A DNA stretch of 64,000 nucleotides from a virus. Taxonomy: Duplodnaviria > Caudoviricetes. The DNA lies in the IMG/VR virus record IMGVR_UViG_3300027860_000004, positions 32,001 to 96,000 of that record, one strand, 5' to 3'. A program made the position numbers and the translations under genes. Shown in pieces: positions 31,825 to 42,295 of this stretch; position 1 is the stretch's first letter, and the number at the start of each line of letters is the position of its first letter. The notes under the pieces were generated by a model that did not search any database, was not told the origin of the DNA, and worked only from the letters and a program-made list of their open reading frames with translations.

Positions 31825-32151
31825 TTAGATAGGTCTATTTATGTATTCACCTTTATCTAAGCGTTTAATTAATTCATTTTGACATTCGAAATGTACTTCA
31901 AGTAAAATATTAGGGATTCTAAGATAATCAGGTAGCCCACCAACATAAGCGCGCGTATCTAATACTTTATAACCTATAAGCCAATTGTTACCATTTTGTC
32001 GTACCCACATAAAGTCATCACAAATGCAGCATTTTATTGAACTTCTAGTTTCTTTAATTCGACCATATTCGCCTTCGGTATAACGTGTTGTTTCGGTATC
32101 CAAAGTTGATTCAATGAAAGAATTAGAGCGAGTCATAGTAAGATGATTCAT
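31825..32151 (-). CDS. hypothetical protein
   Basis: 108 aa. Confidence 0.55.
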   Translation of the reverse strand: MNHLTMTRSNSFIESTLDTETTRYTEGEYGRIKETRSSIKCCICDDFMWVRQNGNNWLIGYKVLDTRAYVGGLPDYLRIPNILLEVHFECQNELIKRLDKGEYINRPI

Positions 32152-32228
32152 GGTGATTACCTTTCAATTTTTTAGGGAGGTAACTTCTTCTATCAAATAA
32201 AATATGAAAGTAGAAGTAGATAATAGTT

Positions 32229-32516
32229 TTATTTCCCGTATCCCATTGGACAATCATTTGGAGCAGGATTATCCATATGTGATACTTCATTTGTTAATTC
32301 ATATGTACAACCCAATTTGTTAGGAAAAGAATTATATTTACAAGTCGAACAAACAAAGGGAATCCATGTCTCGAATGGTATCAAATCTAGACGCTCAACG
32401 TGCGGAATCGAATCTAAAATTTGATTTGCTAATTTTTGTTTAGAAAATATATTACCTTCACTATCAAAAAGTCTCGGTAATATATTTTCTATCATTTTAG
32501 TTAATTTTTTTCTCAT
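32229..32516 (-). CDS. hypothetical Cys-containing protein
   Basis: 95 aa, GGAG SD. Confidence 0.55.
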   Translation of the reverse strand: MRKKLTKMIENILPRLFDSEGNIFSKQKLANQILDSIPHVERLDLIPFETWIPFVCSTCKYNSFPNKLGCTYELTNEVSHMDNPAPNDCPMGYGK

Positions 32517-32588
32517 TCATTCGCTCCATTTTCTGTCGTTAATTAGTATCATAATAAAAGAAGCAAAACAAAAAATAGGAAACATATT

Positions 32589-32933
32589 ATGGAAGATGAA
32601 GAAAAATTTGAAGAGAAAAATCTTGACAATCAATTATACAGGATAACACCTTCAAATAAAACAACAATTTTAACAGCATTAAAAATTTATAGCCAACTTC
32701 CGCTGAATATAAATAAAGCAAATGTTGAGCAAATTTTAAAAGATTTAGAAACACCAATTCAAATTAATTCAGAGACGAATATTGAAATAAAAAATACTAT
32801 GCAAAACGAAACTTTAAAAAATAAATTACAAGTCTTGAAAAGAGCTATGACCGAAACAAAAGAAAAAACAACAAACCCTGAAAATAAAAAACTAATTGAA
32901 CGCCTAATAGATATGATTCCTGAAGTTGTATAA
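32589..32933 (+). CDS. hypothetical protein, first of the plus-strand accessory block
   Basis: 114 aa, AGGA SD. Confidence 0.6.
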   Translation: MEDEEKFEEKNLDNQLYRITPSNKTTILTALKIYSQLPLNINKANVEQILKDLETPIQINSETNIEIKNTMQNETLKNKLQVLKRAMTETKEKTTNPENKKLIERLIDMIPEVV

Positions 32934-32973
32934 TCTATAGAGAATCATTCCTATTTAACCTTGATGAAAGACT

Positions 32974-33381
32974 ATGAATACACGAACTCATTTGCTAGAT
33001 AAATTGCAATCAGATTTGCGATTTAAAAATTTTTTCGAAGAACAAGCCAGCAATACAGATTATGAATTGACATTAACTATTCTTGAGTTATTTGAACCAT
33101 ATATGACTATATTGAAAGACCAAATAACAAAAGAAGGTTATGAATTAGCAGTTCATGCGTTTGTTTCTAAACCAAAATTATTGTCCTTAGACCTACAAAA
33201 AATGGATGAAGATATTATTCTTTTTGATTTTTGTTGGGAGCCTTTAAACAAAAGAAAAGAATTTATACCTCATGAATTTAATCCAAAATCACTTTCTAAA
33301 AAAATTATAGATTCATGTTTGGCCGAATTTAGTAGAGACATTGGCATTACTGCGGAGCTTTTTACAGATGCAAGATTTTAG
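32974..33381 (+). CDS. hypothetical protein
   Basis: 135 aa. Confidence 0.6.
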   Translation: MNTRTHLLDKLQSDLRFKNFFEEQASNTDYELTLTILELFEPYMTILKDQITKEGYELAVHAFVSKPKLLSLDLQKMDEDIILFDFCWEPLNKRKEFIPHEFNPKSLSKKIIDSCLAEFSRDIGITAELFTDARF

Positions 33382-33871
33382 TTCTAAGATTGAAATTGCA
33401 ACTAAAGAAATTCTAAAACCCGCAATTCATAAATTTATAACTAAAATCCAAAATGATGTTGATAAAATAACAGTAGAAATTTCTGAATTTCTAAAACCTT
33501 ATTTTTACATGAATATTCCAGAATCAGCAATATGTGGTTTAGTACATCCTGTTCTAGAAATTCAATCTAAAGATATTGCGCCAGATTATCAAATTCAAGC
33601 AATGCCTGAATGGTATGCCTATTATTTTCACAAAGATGGAACAACATCAGATATTATGGGTAATGACCTTGATAATTACTATAATCTTTTAGTAAAAGTT
33701 AATAAAGAATTTACTGATAAAAACAATATATTAATAAATCTTTATGCTGTGCGTTCAAGTATTCATAAAAAATTGATTTTTTCTTATATTGATAAAAATA
33801 AAATGGCAGATAAGTTTTCCATTATGGGCCTAAAAGTTTTTGGTCAAAATCCATTAACTTTGATAGAATAG
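33368..33871 (+). CDS. hypothetical protein
   Basis: ATG 33368 with GGAG upstream. Confidence 0.6.
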   Translation: MQDFSSKIEIATKEILKPAIHKFITKIQNDVDKITVEISEFLKPYFYMNIPESAICGLVHPVLEIQSKDIAPDYQIQAMPEWYAYYFHKDGTTSDIMGNDLDNYYNLLVKVNKEFTDKNNILINLYAVRSSIHKKLIFSYIDKNKMADKFSIMGLKVFGQNPLTLIE

Positions 33872-33880
33872 AGGACAATT

Positions 33881-34273
33881 TTGATAGAAAGAAAAAATAG
33901 TGGCAAAAGATTCACGGGTCTTGAACAATGGAAATCTGAATTTTTTCAAAAGAATTATGTTAAAGTAATTGATATACAATCAATAGATTGTAATACTAAA
34001 ACCAAACTTTACCGCTTTTATATTTTGGTTAATTATACAAAACGTACTTCTGAAGAAAAAAAATCATCATTAACACTTCTTGAACAAGTTATAGAAATTC
34101 GTGATATTGAAGACTCAAGAGACATACGGCGCGCAAGGAGAGCATTTGAATATCGTGCCAATGCCGCCATTAATAAAACAAAAGCAAAGAATCCAAATTT
34201 TCAAAAAATGTTTGCGGAAATACCGCTTACAAAACTAGACTGGGGTCATTTTTACCCAGATGGTTTTAACTAA
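33881..34273 (+). CDS. basic hypothetical protein
   Basis: TTG start with GAGGA SD. Confidence 0.6.
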   Translation: MIERKNSGKRFTGLEQWKSEFFQKNYVKVIDIQSIDCNTKTKLYRFYILVNYTKRTSEEKKSSLTLLEQVIEIRDIEDSRDIRRARRAFEYRANAAINKTKAKNPNFQKMFAEIPLTKLDWGHFYPDGFN

Positions 34274-34294
34274 ATAATAATAAGGAAAAGCACA

Positions 34295-35059
34295 ATGAAA
34301 CCTAAAAGATTAAGCGATGAATCTGAGATTACCGCAAATCAAAAGTTGTCAAATGCTATTGAATTATTAACAGATGTTGCGAATGAAGTTAAAGATAACA
34401 GAATAGCAAATTATGCACGTTCTGCATCCTTAACAACAACCTCTTTAGATTCACAAGCACTTAATTATGCAGCAACAAGCGTTGCTCAACCAGCAACTTT
34501 TGGAACAAACAACAACTCACACTATGTTGGTGATGTTGTATTACCATCTTCACCTTTACCATTTCCTCAACAAAAAGACCTTGCTCTTCAAAATTTTCAA
34601 TGGGGTTCAACACATACTTTACCTCAATTTTTTGAAGCATATGACCTTGGTAAATATCCAGTTGTTGATATTTCAGAAACAAATATTAAAACTATGGGCT
34701 GGGAAGATGGCAAAACTATTTATAAAGAATCTAAAGGGTATTTAGTAAATATTTTTGTTCCGGGAGTTAATAAAGAATTAATTGAAATTGAACTTGAAGA
34801 GGGTGGATATGCAGGGGTGGCATTTTTTCCTCCTAAAATGCAAATTCGTGTTCGTAAAAATTCAACAGATGAAAAAGTTTATATTTTAAAAGAATCAAAA
34901 ACATCATTCGCACATCGAATTGTTAGTTTACCTGCCGATGCAGATATTACTACAATTACATCTGGAAAAATGTCGGATGGAGTTTTAAGTTTTACAATTC
35001 TCAAAGATGAAAAACCTGAACAACCTGTTATTCAAAAGAAAAAAGTTCAAATAAAATAA
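34295..35059 (+). CDS. Hsp20/alpha-crystallin small heat-shock protein with long N-terminal extension
   Basis: Y.V.I.VPGVNKE.IEIE, F.R.V.LP..AD, DGVL.FTI.K and IxI-like tail VQIK. Confidence 0.75.
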   Translation: MKPKRLSDESEITANQKLSNAIELLTDVANEVKDNRIANYARSASLTTTSLDSQALNYAATSVAQPATFGTNNNSHYVGDVVLPSSPLPFPQQKDLALQNFQWGSTHTLPQFFEAYDLGKYPVVDISETNIKTMGWEDGKTIYKESKGYLVNIFVPGVNKELIEIELEEGGYAGVAFFPPKMQIRVRKNSTDEKVYILKESKTSFAHRIVSLPADADITTITSGKMSDGVLSFTILKDEKPEQPVIQKKKVQIK

Positions 35060-35090
35060 AAAAGAGGGCGGAAAAATGCCGCCTTCTTTC
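35060..35090. terminator. terminator between convergent genes
   Basis: GGCGG-aaaaatg-CCGCC hairpin with flanking A and T runs. Confidence 0.6.
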
Positions 35091-35587
35091 TATTTTTCAA
35101 ATTTACGTTGTTTTGAACCACCAACACTCTCCTCGTTAATGGCTCGCTCAAAAAATCCTACAGGCAATCGAATTTCAGGATTTGAAAAAACCCACATGTG
35201 ATATTGATTTGCGGTATCAACCTTACGCGATTCAGCAGGGTAAATTTCAAATCCTTCATTTTCTTCGCCAACAAGAGCATTCTTAATATCTTGCATTATC
35301 CGCCAGTCACGAATTGGTTCTTTATCTGTACGTTTAATAGAGAGCCAAATAACTTCAGGAAAGGTGGAACCTTCTGGTTGTTCTGCTATACGAACATTTA
35401 CTTGATATTCTTTATTTTCATCTAAATAAACTTTATCATTTTTAATGATTTCCTCATCCATAAGAGTTACTGCTTTTAGAGCATCATCAAATGATATAGG
35501 ATTTTTAGATGTTTTTACTACAACCTTAGCACGTTCTATTCTTTGTTCTATAGAAGATGGATATAAGAATGCTTTAGAAAATTTCAT
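35090..35587 (-). CDS. DUF7694-like phage protein
   Basis: LSIKR.D.EPI.DW..MQ.IKN.LVG.E..E.YPAES..VD.ANQYH.W. Confidence 0.7.
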   Translation of the reverse strand: MKFSKAFLYPSSIEQRIERAKVVVKTSKNPISFDDALKAVTLMDEEIIKNDKVYLDENKEYQVNVRIAEQPEGSTFPEVIWLSIKRTDKEPIRDWRIMQDIKNALVGEENEGFEIYPAESRKVDTANQYHMWVFSNPEIRLPVGFFERAINEESVGGSKQRKFEK

Positions 35588-35649
35588 TTTACTCTTCTTC
35601 TTTTGAGAATCATTTTTTATCTATTGACTAGTCTGATATACTATACCAC

Positions 35650-35994
35650 ATGAAGTCCGAATATGTCTACCTCATTGAAAATTCAGCCACTAAATCCTTA
35701 AAAATTGGCTATTCAAACAATCCTACAAAAAGATTTAAAGCACTACAAACAGGAAGTTCTACTCCCTTGAGATTGGTTGCCACCATAAAAGGCGATAGAC
35801 ATAAAGAAACTGAATTACATCACCAATTCAAACATCTTCGACTTGGCGGTGAGTGGTTTCGTTATGACAAACGTATTATTAAGGCTTTTCAAAAAAGAAT
35901 TCCATTATGGAAATATGTTTTTCTGTGGATAGTAATTCCTCCTATAATTGTATTATCCATAATTGCTATGGGTAGAACAGTTATAGCCAATTAA
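35650..35994 (+). CDS. T5orf172/GIY-YIG-like protein with C-terminal TM helix
   Basis: YVYLI..KIGYS.NP.KR..LQTG..E.ELH..F..GEWF; TG-a-TATACT 7 nt before the ATG (leaderless). Confidence 0.8.
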   Translation: MKSEYVYLIENSATKSLKIGYSNNPTKRFKALQTGSSTPLRLVATIKGDRHKETELHHQFKHLRLGGEWFRYDKRIIKAFQKRIPLWKYVFLWIVIPPIIVLSIIAMGRTVIAN

Positions 35995-36176
35995 TGAAAG
36001 AAGACGAAGACTTTTATTTTTGTGATTATTGCTTAGAACCAACAATTCATTCTCATGAAATTATTTTCAATGAGAAAAAAGATTTTATTGATGTTGTTTG
36101 TTGTTCTTGCTTTGATAGTTATAAAAATTTAAATATAATTCCCGTTGAACAACGAATAGAATTTTATTTCCGTTAA
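35994..36176 (+). CDS. small Zn-finger-like protein
   Basis: CDYC..CSC. Confidence 0.5.
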   Translation: MKEDEDFYFCDYCLEPTIHSHEIIFNEKKDFIDVVCCSCFDSYKNLNIIPVEQRIEFYFR

Positions 36177-36199
36177 TTTAATTTATAATAATAGGAGTT

Positions 36200-36595
36200 A
36201 TGCAAAATGATTCTTATTTTTATTATGACCCGCTTTTTTGTTCAAGATGCCATAAAGTTATTCGGGAAATTAACGAAATTCACTTCAATAATCAAATGAA
36301 ACCTTGCAAAGCTTCAAAACTTGCTAAAGGTGCTTTTGTATATTTAATTCATGATGAAGATAAAAACTTATTAAAAATTGGTTTTACGGAAAATCCTACA
36401 AGAAGATTTAAAGAAATAAAAAATGCCAATAATAATAAAACTAAAATTATTGGTTATATCATAGGAACTAAAACAAATGAAGCCAATCTCCATCGTAAAT
36501 GGAAACGGCTTCATGCAAAATTAGAATGGTTTAATTATGACGAAGAAATAATTGATTATTTCTTAAATCATCCTAGTTTTAAAAATTTAAATTAA
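36200..36595 (+). CDS. T5orf172/GIY-YIG-like protein
   Basis: FVYLI..KIGFT.NP.RR..E..LH..EWF; AGGAG SD. Confidence 0.8.
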   Translation: MQNDSYFYYDPLFCSRCHKVIREINEIHFNNQMKPCKASKLAKGAFVYLIHDEDKNLLKIGFTENPTRRFKEIKNANNNKTKIIGYIIGTKTNEANLHRKWKRLHAKLEWFNYDEEIIDYFLNHPSFKNLN

Positions 36596-36945
36596 TTTTT
36601 CTTTTTCTTTGAATTAGAAAAACTTGTTAATGTAGGTGTTGTTGTAATTACTCTCGGAGGCTTAATAAATGGAGCCGCTACAGATACAGATAAAATTTTA
36701 ATGTATTCTGGTACATGAAAGAAATATTCACCAGTTGGCGGATTTATTGCAGCACTTGGCGCAGGTGTAAAAGAAACAACATAATCAGTATTCGTTTCTA
36801 AAACATTAGTGATGATAGAGCCATCAATTACCGTTTTTGTGTCTAGAACTTCAGAACTATCAACACGTTTAATATAAGCTAAAGAACCATTTGGAACAGG
36901 ATTACGAGCAATTGAATAATTAACAAAATTCAAAGTATAAAACAT
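36592..36945 (-). CDS. stand-alone copy of a repeated virion-type N-terminal domain
   Basis: similar to the N-termini of 43096-43917 and 43945-45165. Confidence 0.6.
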   Translation of the reverse strand: MFYTLNFVNYSIARNPVPNGSLAYIKRVDSSEVLDTKTVIDGSIITNVLETNTDYVVSFTPAPSAAINPPTGEYFFHVPEYIKILSVSVAAPFIKPPRVITTTPTLTSFSNSKKKKN

Positions 36946-36946
36946 T

Positions 36947-37189
36947 TTAATCTTCTTTTTTAATTCGCCGAATTCTTTTGGGTTTAGTTTTGTCAGGAAT
37001 TCCAGCAATTAATACACCGGGAACATCAATTTGTTCAAAATCAACATATTCTTCAACTTCTGCCCATATTTCTTCTTCTGATAATAAAAAATTTTTTGAA
37101 CTACTACTAGTTTCTATATCTTCTATAATCGAAGTATTAATATCAGCCGATTCTTGTTGAAGTGCTATTCCATCTAAATATCTATCCAT
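36947..37189 (-). CDS. acidic hypothetical protein
   Basis: ATG 37189; coupled to 36945. Confidence 0.5.
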   Translation of the reverse strand: MDRYLDGIALQQESADINTSIIEDIETSSSSKNFLLSEEEIWAEVEEYVDFEQIDVPGVLIAGIPDKTKPKRIRRIKKED

Positions 37190-37285
37190 ATATTTATAAT
37201 ATACAATTTTTTGACAAAGATAACGCAAATTTACCAAACCGCCACCGCGCAAATTAATTGTTTATATCTGTAAAAGAGACATAAA

Positions 37286-37945
37286 ATGACTAGTAAAAAA
37301 ATTAAATTTGTTGAAGATAGTTCTTTATTTCCTCCAGGTTTCTTTTTATTAAAGAAGTTTATAAACGAAGAAAAGTGTAAAGAAATCGTAGAAATCATTG
37401 ATACACAGATAACAAAGGTTACACCATTCGACATATATAGTATGTATAATGGTAAGACGTTTAATTGTTTTATGACAAATTGTGGAGAATATGGATGGAT
37501 AAGTGATGGTGCCAATGGTTATAGTTACAGAAAAGAAAATCTAAAAGGTATAAAATGGCTACCAATGCCTGAATTATTTAAAAGAATATCTTTAGATGCT
37601 TTAAAAGAAACAATAAAAATTATACCCGAAGGTTATGAACCTCAATCTTGTTTAATTAATTTGTATCCACCAGGAAATAGTGGGAAATTAGGTTCTCACG
37701 TTGATAATACAGAATTTTGTTCTATGCCAATTATTTCTTTTTCTATTGGTGCTTCTGCGGTATTTAAAGTAGAAAATATTGGAAATATATTGTTAGAAGA
37801 AGGGGATGTATGTATAATGAGTGGAGAATCAAGATTTGTACGACATTCAATAACAAAGATATTAGATTTTAAAAAACCAAGAATAGCATTAACAATACGT
37901 CAAGTATATAATGGAGTACCCGTTTCATATAGACATATGAAATAA
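37286..37945 (+). CDS. alkB: AlkB-family 2OG-Fe(II) dioxygenase
   Basis: MTNCG..GW.SD..GY.Y, CLIN.Y, HVD, ISFS.G, HSI, RIALTIR. Confidence 0.9.
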   Translation: MTSKKIKFVEDSSLFPPGFFLLKKFINEEKCKEIVEIIDTQITKVTPFDIYSMYNGKTFNCFMTNCGEYGWISDGANGYSYRKENLKGIKWLPMPELFKRISLDALKETIKIIPEGYEPQSCLINLYPPGNSGKLGSHVDNTEFCSMPIISFSIGASAVFKVENIGNILLEEGDVCIMSGESRFVRHSITKILDFKKPRIALTIRQVYNGVPVSYRHMK

Positions 37946-37959
37946 GGATATATAAAAAA

Positions 37960-38322
37960 ATGAATGATGAAGATTATGACTATGAAAAAAATAGGAAATT
38001 AGAACCTGAAGTAGTAACTAGAGAGTTATTAACTCGTTTAGGGCAAGTATTTTCCAAAGGTAATCATATAGAAAATTCTCTAAATCAATTGTCTGCTTCG
38101 GATTTAGCAAGATTGAATTGGGATAATGAGTTTGCATGTCTATTAAAGACATTTTTTAATGCAAGGGATGCTGTTTATTTATGGCCTAAAAAGAAATTTA
38201 TTGAACTTGGTGGAAAGCCAGAAGAATATGGTATTGCTTTACATGGTGAAGAGAGTTGGAATAAATTAAAAGATTTTTTTAAAGATGAGATACAAAGACA
38301 GCATGACCGCCAAGAAGATTGA
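37960..38322 (+). CDS. hypothetical protein
   Basis: 120 aa. Confidence 0.6.
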   Translation: MNDEDYDYEKNRKLEPEVVTRELLTRLGQVFSKGNHIENSLNQLSASDLARLNWDNEFACLLKTFFNARDAVYLWPKKKFIELGGKPEEYGIALHGEESWNKLKDFFKDEIQRQHDRQED

Positions 38323-39106
38323 TAATAATTTATTTATTTTATATCGAAAAAGTTTAACTGATAAAGAAGAACTAGAAGTTATTAAAAAATATTTTCCTGA
38401 TAAAAATTCAGATTGTATGGTAGGTATTCAAAATAAGGTTGTTTTGGGGCGTTATTCTTGTGTACCATTTTATTCAGAAGTCCAACAAGGTCTTGCTGTT
38501 CAAAATTCTAGATTAATAAATTCTTTATCTGAGCATTTATATATAGCCAACTTTGATTATTATTGGGATATAGAAAATTATACTCCTAAAACTTGGTTTT
38601 CTTTAGTTGGTTTGCAAGATTCAGATGGTCCATTTATTGTTAAAGGACAAACAAATTCTAAGAAACATCAATGGAATACAATGATGTTTGCTCCAACAAA
38701 AGCAGATGCTATTCGTATTTCTATTGATTTAAAAAATGATTATTATTTAGGTTCTCAAGATATAATTATTAGAAAATATGAACCTTTAATTAAGTTAGGT
38801 GATTCCATAAATGGTTTATCTTTTACTAATGAATGGAGATTCTTTTTTTATAAAGAAGAACTATTAAGTTATGGCTTCTATTGGTCAGAATGTGATATAA
38901 AAGGTAGTATAGATGAGGCTGGAATAGATTTTGCTAAAAAAATATCAAAGATAGTAAGCAAAAGAACCAGTTTTTACACAATAGATATTGGTCAAAAAGA
39001 AAATGGTGAATGGACTGTTATTGAATTAAATGATGGTCAAATGGCTGGATTTTCTGATAATGACCCACACAAATTATATTCTGGACTTTCGAAATTAAAA
39101 ATATAA
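38303..39106 (+). CDS. ATP-grasp protein (R2K/DUF4343-like)
   Basis: FIVKG..NS.K, EWRFF, FYTIDIG, W.VIELNDGQMAG. Confidence 0.8.
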   Translation: MTAKKIDNNLFILYRKSLTDKEELEVIKKYFPDKNSDCMVGIQNKVVLGRYSCVPFYSEVQQGLAVQNSRLINSLSEHLYIANFDYYWDIENYTPKTWFSLVGLQDSDGPFIVKGQTNSKKHQWNTMMFAPTKADAIRISIDLKNDYYLGSQDIIIRKYEPLIKLGDSINGLSFTNEWRFFFYKEELLSYGFYWSECDIKGSIDEAGIDFAKKISKIVSKRTSFYTIDIGQKENGEWTVIELNDGQMAGFSDNDPHKLYSGLSKLKI

Positions 39107-39372
39107 TGCATAAAACCTGCATTTTATGTAAACGTTCTGGGCCAACACCTGATAAATTAGATTATCTTTGTTCCAAGGGTCGTTGCAGTAGCCTTAAACC
39201 ACCGCCTGATGGCAGAGAGCCTATGATAAAAGCAGTAAGCACATATGAGTGTGAATGCGGTTATGATTGCTGTTATCCATCTTATTGTAGCAATTGTGGT
39301 GCCCATTGCTTTCCTAGTCATTATAAATATTTAGAAGAACAACAAGGAAATCATAATAATAATGATTATTAA
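39106..39372 (+). CDS. Cys-rich hypothetical protein
   Basis: many Cys in 88 aa. Confidence 0.5.
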   Translation: MHKTCILCKRSGPTPDKLDYLCSKGRCSSLKPPPDGREPMIKAVSTYECECGYDCCYPSYCSNCGAHCFPSHYKYLEEQQGNHNNNDY

Positions 39373-39568
39373 ACTTGAAAAAAGACACTATATATACATA
39401 GTTGCAAGCATAATTGGTATATTAGTTTGCTTATTAAGTGGATATATGATTGCAATTGGTAATGCCATTGGAATTTTTACATTTTTATTAGGAATGGTAA
39501 CTTTAGGAGTTGGCCGTTCATACCTTCAAGGATTACCTAATTCTAGAGGACAAGTTGAAGATGACTAA
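39362..39568 (+). CDS. small two-TM membrane protein
   Basis: two hydrophobic segments. Confidence 0.55.
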   Translation: MIIKLEKRHYIYIVASIIGILVCLLSGYMIAIGNAIGIFTFLLGMVTLGVGRSYLQGLPNSRGQVEDD

Positions 39569-39968
39569 GGTTGAAAAAGATAAACTTTTTTCATTAATGA
39601 ATTCTTCTATTAAAGCCAAAATTCGTCAAGAAAAAGCGAACTTAGAAAAAAACAAGTTAGATAAAGCCTTACAAAAAGCATGTAAGCACCCGTATATTGG
39701 TTCGCAATGGAGGCCAAGTCTTTCATCTGGTTATGATTGTAATGGTGGAAGTAACTATAACCCTGGGCATTTAATTTGTTTAGTATGTGGCCTTCAACAT
39801 TTTAATGAATATGATGCAGGCCCTTTATATAATCTTCACTATAAAAATGAAGTTATAAGAGACAAAGATATAAATAATCTTTGGAAAATAGTGGGTTCTA
39901 AATTAATTAAAAGCATGATTCTTCAAGATATACCGGCAACAGAAGTAAAATATTTATTAGGAAAATGA
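39561..39968 (+). CDS. hypothetical protein (C.H..CxxC)
   Basis: ATG 39561 overlaps the upstream stop. Confidence 0.55.
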   Translation: MTKVEKDKLFSLMNSSIKAKIRQEKANLEKNKLDKALQKACKHPYIGSQWRPSLSSGYDCNGGSNYNPGHLICLVCGLQHFNEYDAGPLYNLHYKNEVIRDKDINNLWKIVGSKLIKSMILQDIPATEVKYLLGK

Positions 39969-39969
39969 T

Positions 39970-41106
39970 ATGGCAGAATTTAAAGTAATAGCAGATAAAA
40001 TAAGATTATTTCCACACCCAGGAGCAGATAAATTACTTCTTGGTAAGGTTGGTCCATTTCAAGTAGTTGTTGGTAAAGACAATGATTACAAAGAGGGAGA
40101 CATTGTAATTTTTGCTCCTGAACGTAGTATTCTTCCTGATGAAATTAAAGGAGACTATTGTAATACAGAAACTGGTGTTTCTTATTTGAGCGGTCCTGAT
40201 TCTAACCGTGTTAAACGTGTACGCTTACGTGGAGAATACTCTGATGGTGTCACGCTTAATAGAGATTGGGTTGTAGAAAAACTTGGTCTTCCTGTACTTG
40301 AAGATATTGCTTTAAATTATGATTATTCAGAAGCATTAGGAATAAAAAAATACGAACCACCTATTCCATTTAATATGAGTGGACAACTTGAACGTATTGA
40401 AGATGTTTCTTTTGCGGTCAATCATGATGTTGAACAATTTCGTCTTTATGTTGATGAATTCATTGATGGTGAACCTGTAATTGCAACCGAAAAAATTCAC
40501 GGTTCTCAAGTAAACATTCAACGTACAAGTAAAGGACGTTGGTATGTTACTTCCAAAGGTATTGGTAAAAATGGTCTTGCTATTCAAGAATCAGAAGGCA
40601 ATCTTTATTGGCAAGCATTAAATAATTCTGGTTTGAGAGAATTACTTGATGAATCACTAGGAACAGATGAAAAGAACCAAGAATATCAATTCTTTGGTGA
40701 AGTTTTTCCATGTCAAAAAGGTTATAATTACGGACAAGATAAGGCTACACTAAGATTATTTAGATTGAGAATTGACGGAAGAGAAATCCCTTTTTATGAA
40801 GTAAAGACAACTTCTAAAATATTAAACGATGAAAATGCTTCTTTCCATGAAACATCAAACATATTTGGTAAATTTTGGGAGAAAATAATTGAACTTTGGG
40901 TTCCAGTCATTTATATGGGTCCATTTAATGTAGAAAAATTAGTTGAAGCATCAAAAGGTTTAGAACAAGTTTCTGGTAAACAATTACACATACGCGAAGG
41001 CGTTGTTGTCTCGCCACAAGATACTCGTAGAAGTAAAGAAGGATTTCCTTTACTTTTAAAAATAATTAATCCTAAATACAAAGATACTGATGAAAGTTTC
41101 TCATAA
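39970..41106 (+). CDS. ATP-dependent RNA ligase, DRB0094/Rnl5 type
   Basis: N-terminal HPGAD.L OB domain, TEKIHGS (motif I), FGEV, REGVV, LKIINPKY. Confidence 0.9.
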   Translation: MAEFKVIADKIRLFPHPGADKLLLGKVGPFQVVVGKDNDYKEGDIVIFAPERSILPDEIKGDYCNTETGVSYLSGPDSNRVKRVRLRGEYSDGVTLNRDWVVEKLGLPVLEDIALNYDYSEALGIKKYEPPIPFNMSGQLERIEDVSFAVNHDVEQFRLYVDEFIDGEPVIATEKIHGSQVNIQRTSKGRWYVTSKGIGKNGLAIQESEGNLYWQALNNSGLRELLDESLGTDEKNQEYQFFGEVFPCQKGYNYGQDKATLRLFRLRIDGREIPFYEVKTTSKILNDENASFHETSNIFGKFWEKIIELWVPVIYMGPFNVEKLVEASKGLEQVSGKQLHIREGVVVSPQDTRRSKEGFPLLLKIINPKYKDTDESFS

Positions 41107-41108
41107 AA

Positions 41109-41438
41109 ATGACAGATGAAGAATTACGTAAAAAATTAAAAGATACATTTGAATCACTTTTAAATCAAACCGAAAATAATTTATTTTATGCAAAATTATC
41201 TTTAAATAAAAGTGATATTACTGAAGAAAAAAAGAAAGAATTAAAAAATATTATTGCGATTAATAATATTCAATTAATTTGCACTAAATCATATCTTACT
41301 GAAATTGAAAATTTTGACCGTGAAGTAATGGAAGTTCTTGTTGAATCTTTAGAACATTTTACTCCTCTACTTAAAGAAGCTTCTAATGAAATTCTTAATA
41401 AGACTCAAGAACTTTACAATAAAGAACTAAATTCATGA
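41109..41438 (+). CDS. coiled-coil hypothetical protein
   Basis: 109 aa. Confidence 0.55.
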   Translation: MTDEELRKKLKDTFESLLNQTENNLFYAKLSLNKSDITEEKKKELKNIIAINNIQLICTKSYLTEIENFDREVMEVLVESLEHFTPLLKEASNEILNKTQELYNKELNS

Positions 41439-41887
41439 CAAAAAAACAAAAATTAGATTCTTGTCCTTCCTGTCATCATCCTTGGGCTTGGCGTTCATTT
41501 GGATGGGGCGGTTCTAGAACTGGATGCTCTGAAGAAACTAGTTCTGGACCTTGTAATTCTGATTATTCATATTGTGAATGCAAACATGAATTTCATTGGA
41601 TAACTAGATGTACCTTTGTAAATAAAAACATTAACAAACAAAATTATATTTATAGAGGTCGCGATTATGACCAAAATGGTAGATGTACTATTGAATCATA
41701 TCTTATGACTCCAAACATGGAATGTGAAAAACATATATCTCCTCTTGACAAAGCACAAATAGATTTACTAATGGCAAATAAAAAAACAAAAGTCGAAGCT
41801 ATTAGAAATAAAAAAGAATTAGATTTTAAAATAAAAGAAGCTAAAAATTTACTTAAAGAAAACGGCTACAAAATAGTAAAAACATGA
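41435..41887 (+). CDS. Cys/His-rich hypothetical protein
   Basis: ATGA coupling. Confidence 0.55.
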   Translation: MTKKQKLDSCPSCHHPWAWRSFGWGGSRTGCSEETSSGPCNSDYSYCECKHEFHWITRCTFVNKNINKQNYIYRGRDYDQNGRCTIESYLMTPNMECEKHISPLDKAQIDLLMANKKTKVEAIRNKKELDFKIKEAKNLLKENGYKIVKT

Positions 41888-42135
41888 AATATAAGTGGGA
41901 ACAAAAACAAAAAACAACAACTTGGGCAGAACTTCGAATAAATAACGATGAAGTTCGAGTTTGTGATTTTAATATGACGGATGCTAAACCCGAAAAATGT
42001 AAAAATGGTATACATAGTGGTGTTTATCATTCAGACAGAATTTACTATGATGATGGCGGGTCTTGCTCATATATCAGAGTTTGTAGTAGGTGTCATGCAG
42101 AAGTCAAATCAGATATTTTGGATTTATTATATTAA
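41884..42135 (+). CDS. hypothetical protein
   Basis: ATGA coupling; C..H..CxxC. Confidence 0.55.
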   Translation: MKYKWEQKQKTTTWAELRINNDEVRVCDFNMTDAKPEKCKNGIHSGVYHSDRIYYDDGGSCSYIRVCSRCHAEVKSDILDLLY

Positions 42136-42295
42136 ATGAAAAAATTTCTTCAAAAAATATTCTGCAATTTTCAATTTCATTGGTGGATGACAAATGAATA
42201 TTTTTTAAACCAAAAGTTTAAAACCGTAACAGCATATTGTTACTCAATAAAAAGAACTTGTAGAATTTGTGATATCAAAGGAGAGTTAATAATAT

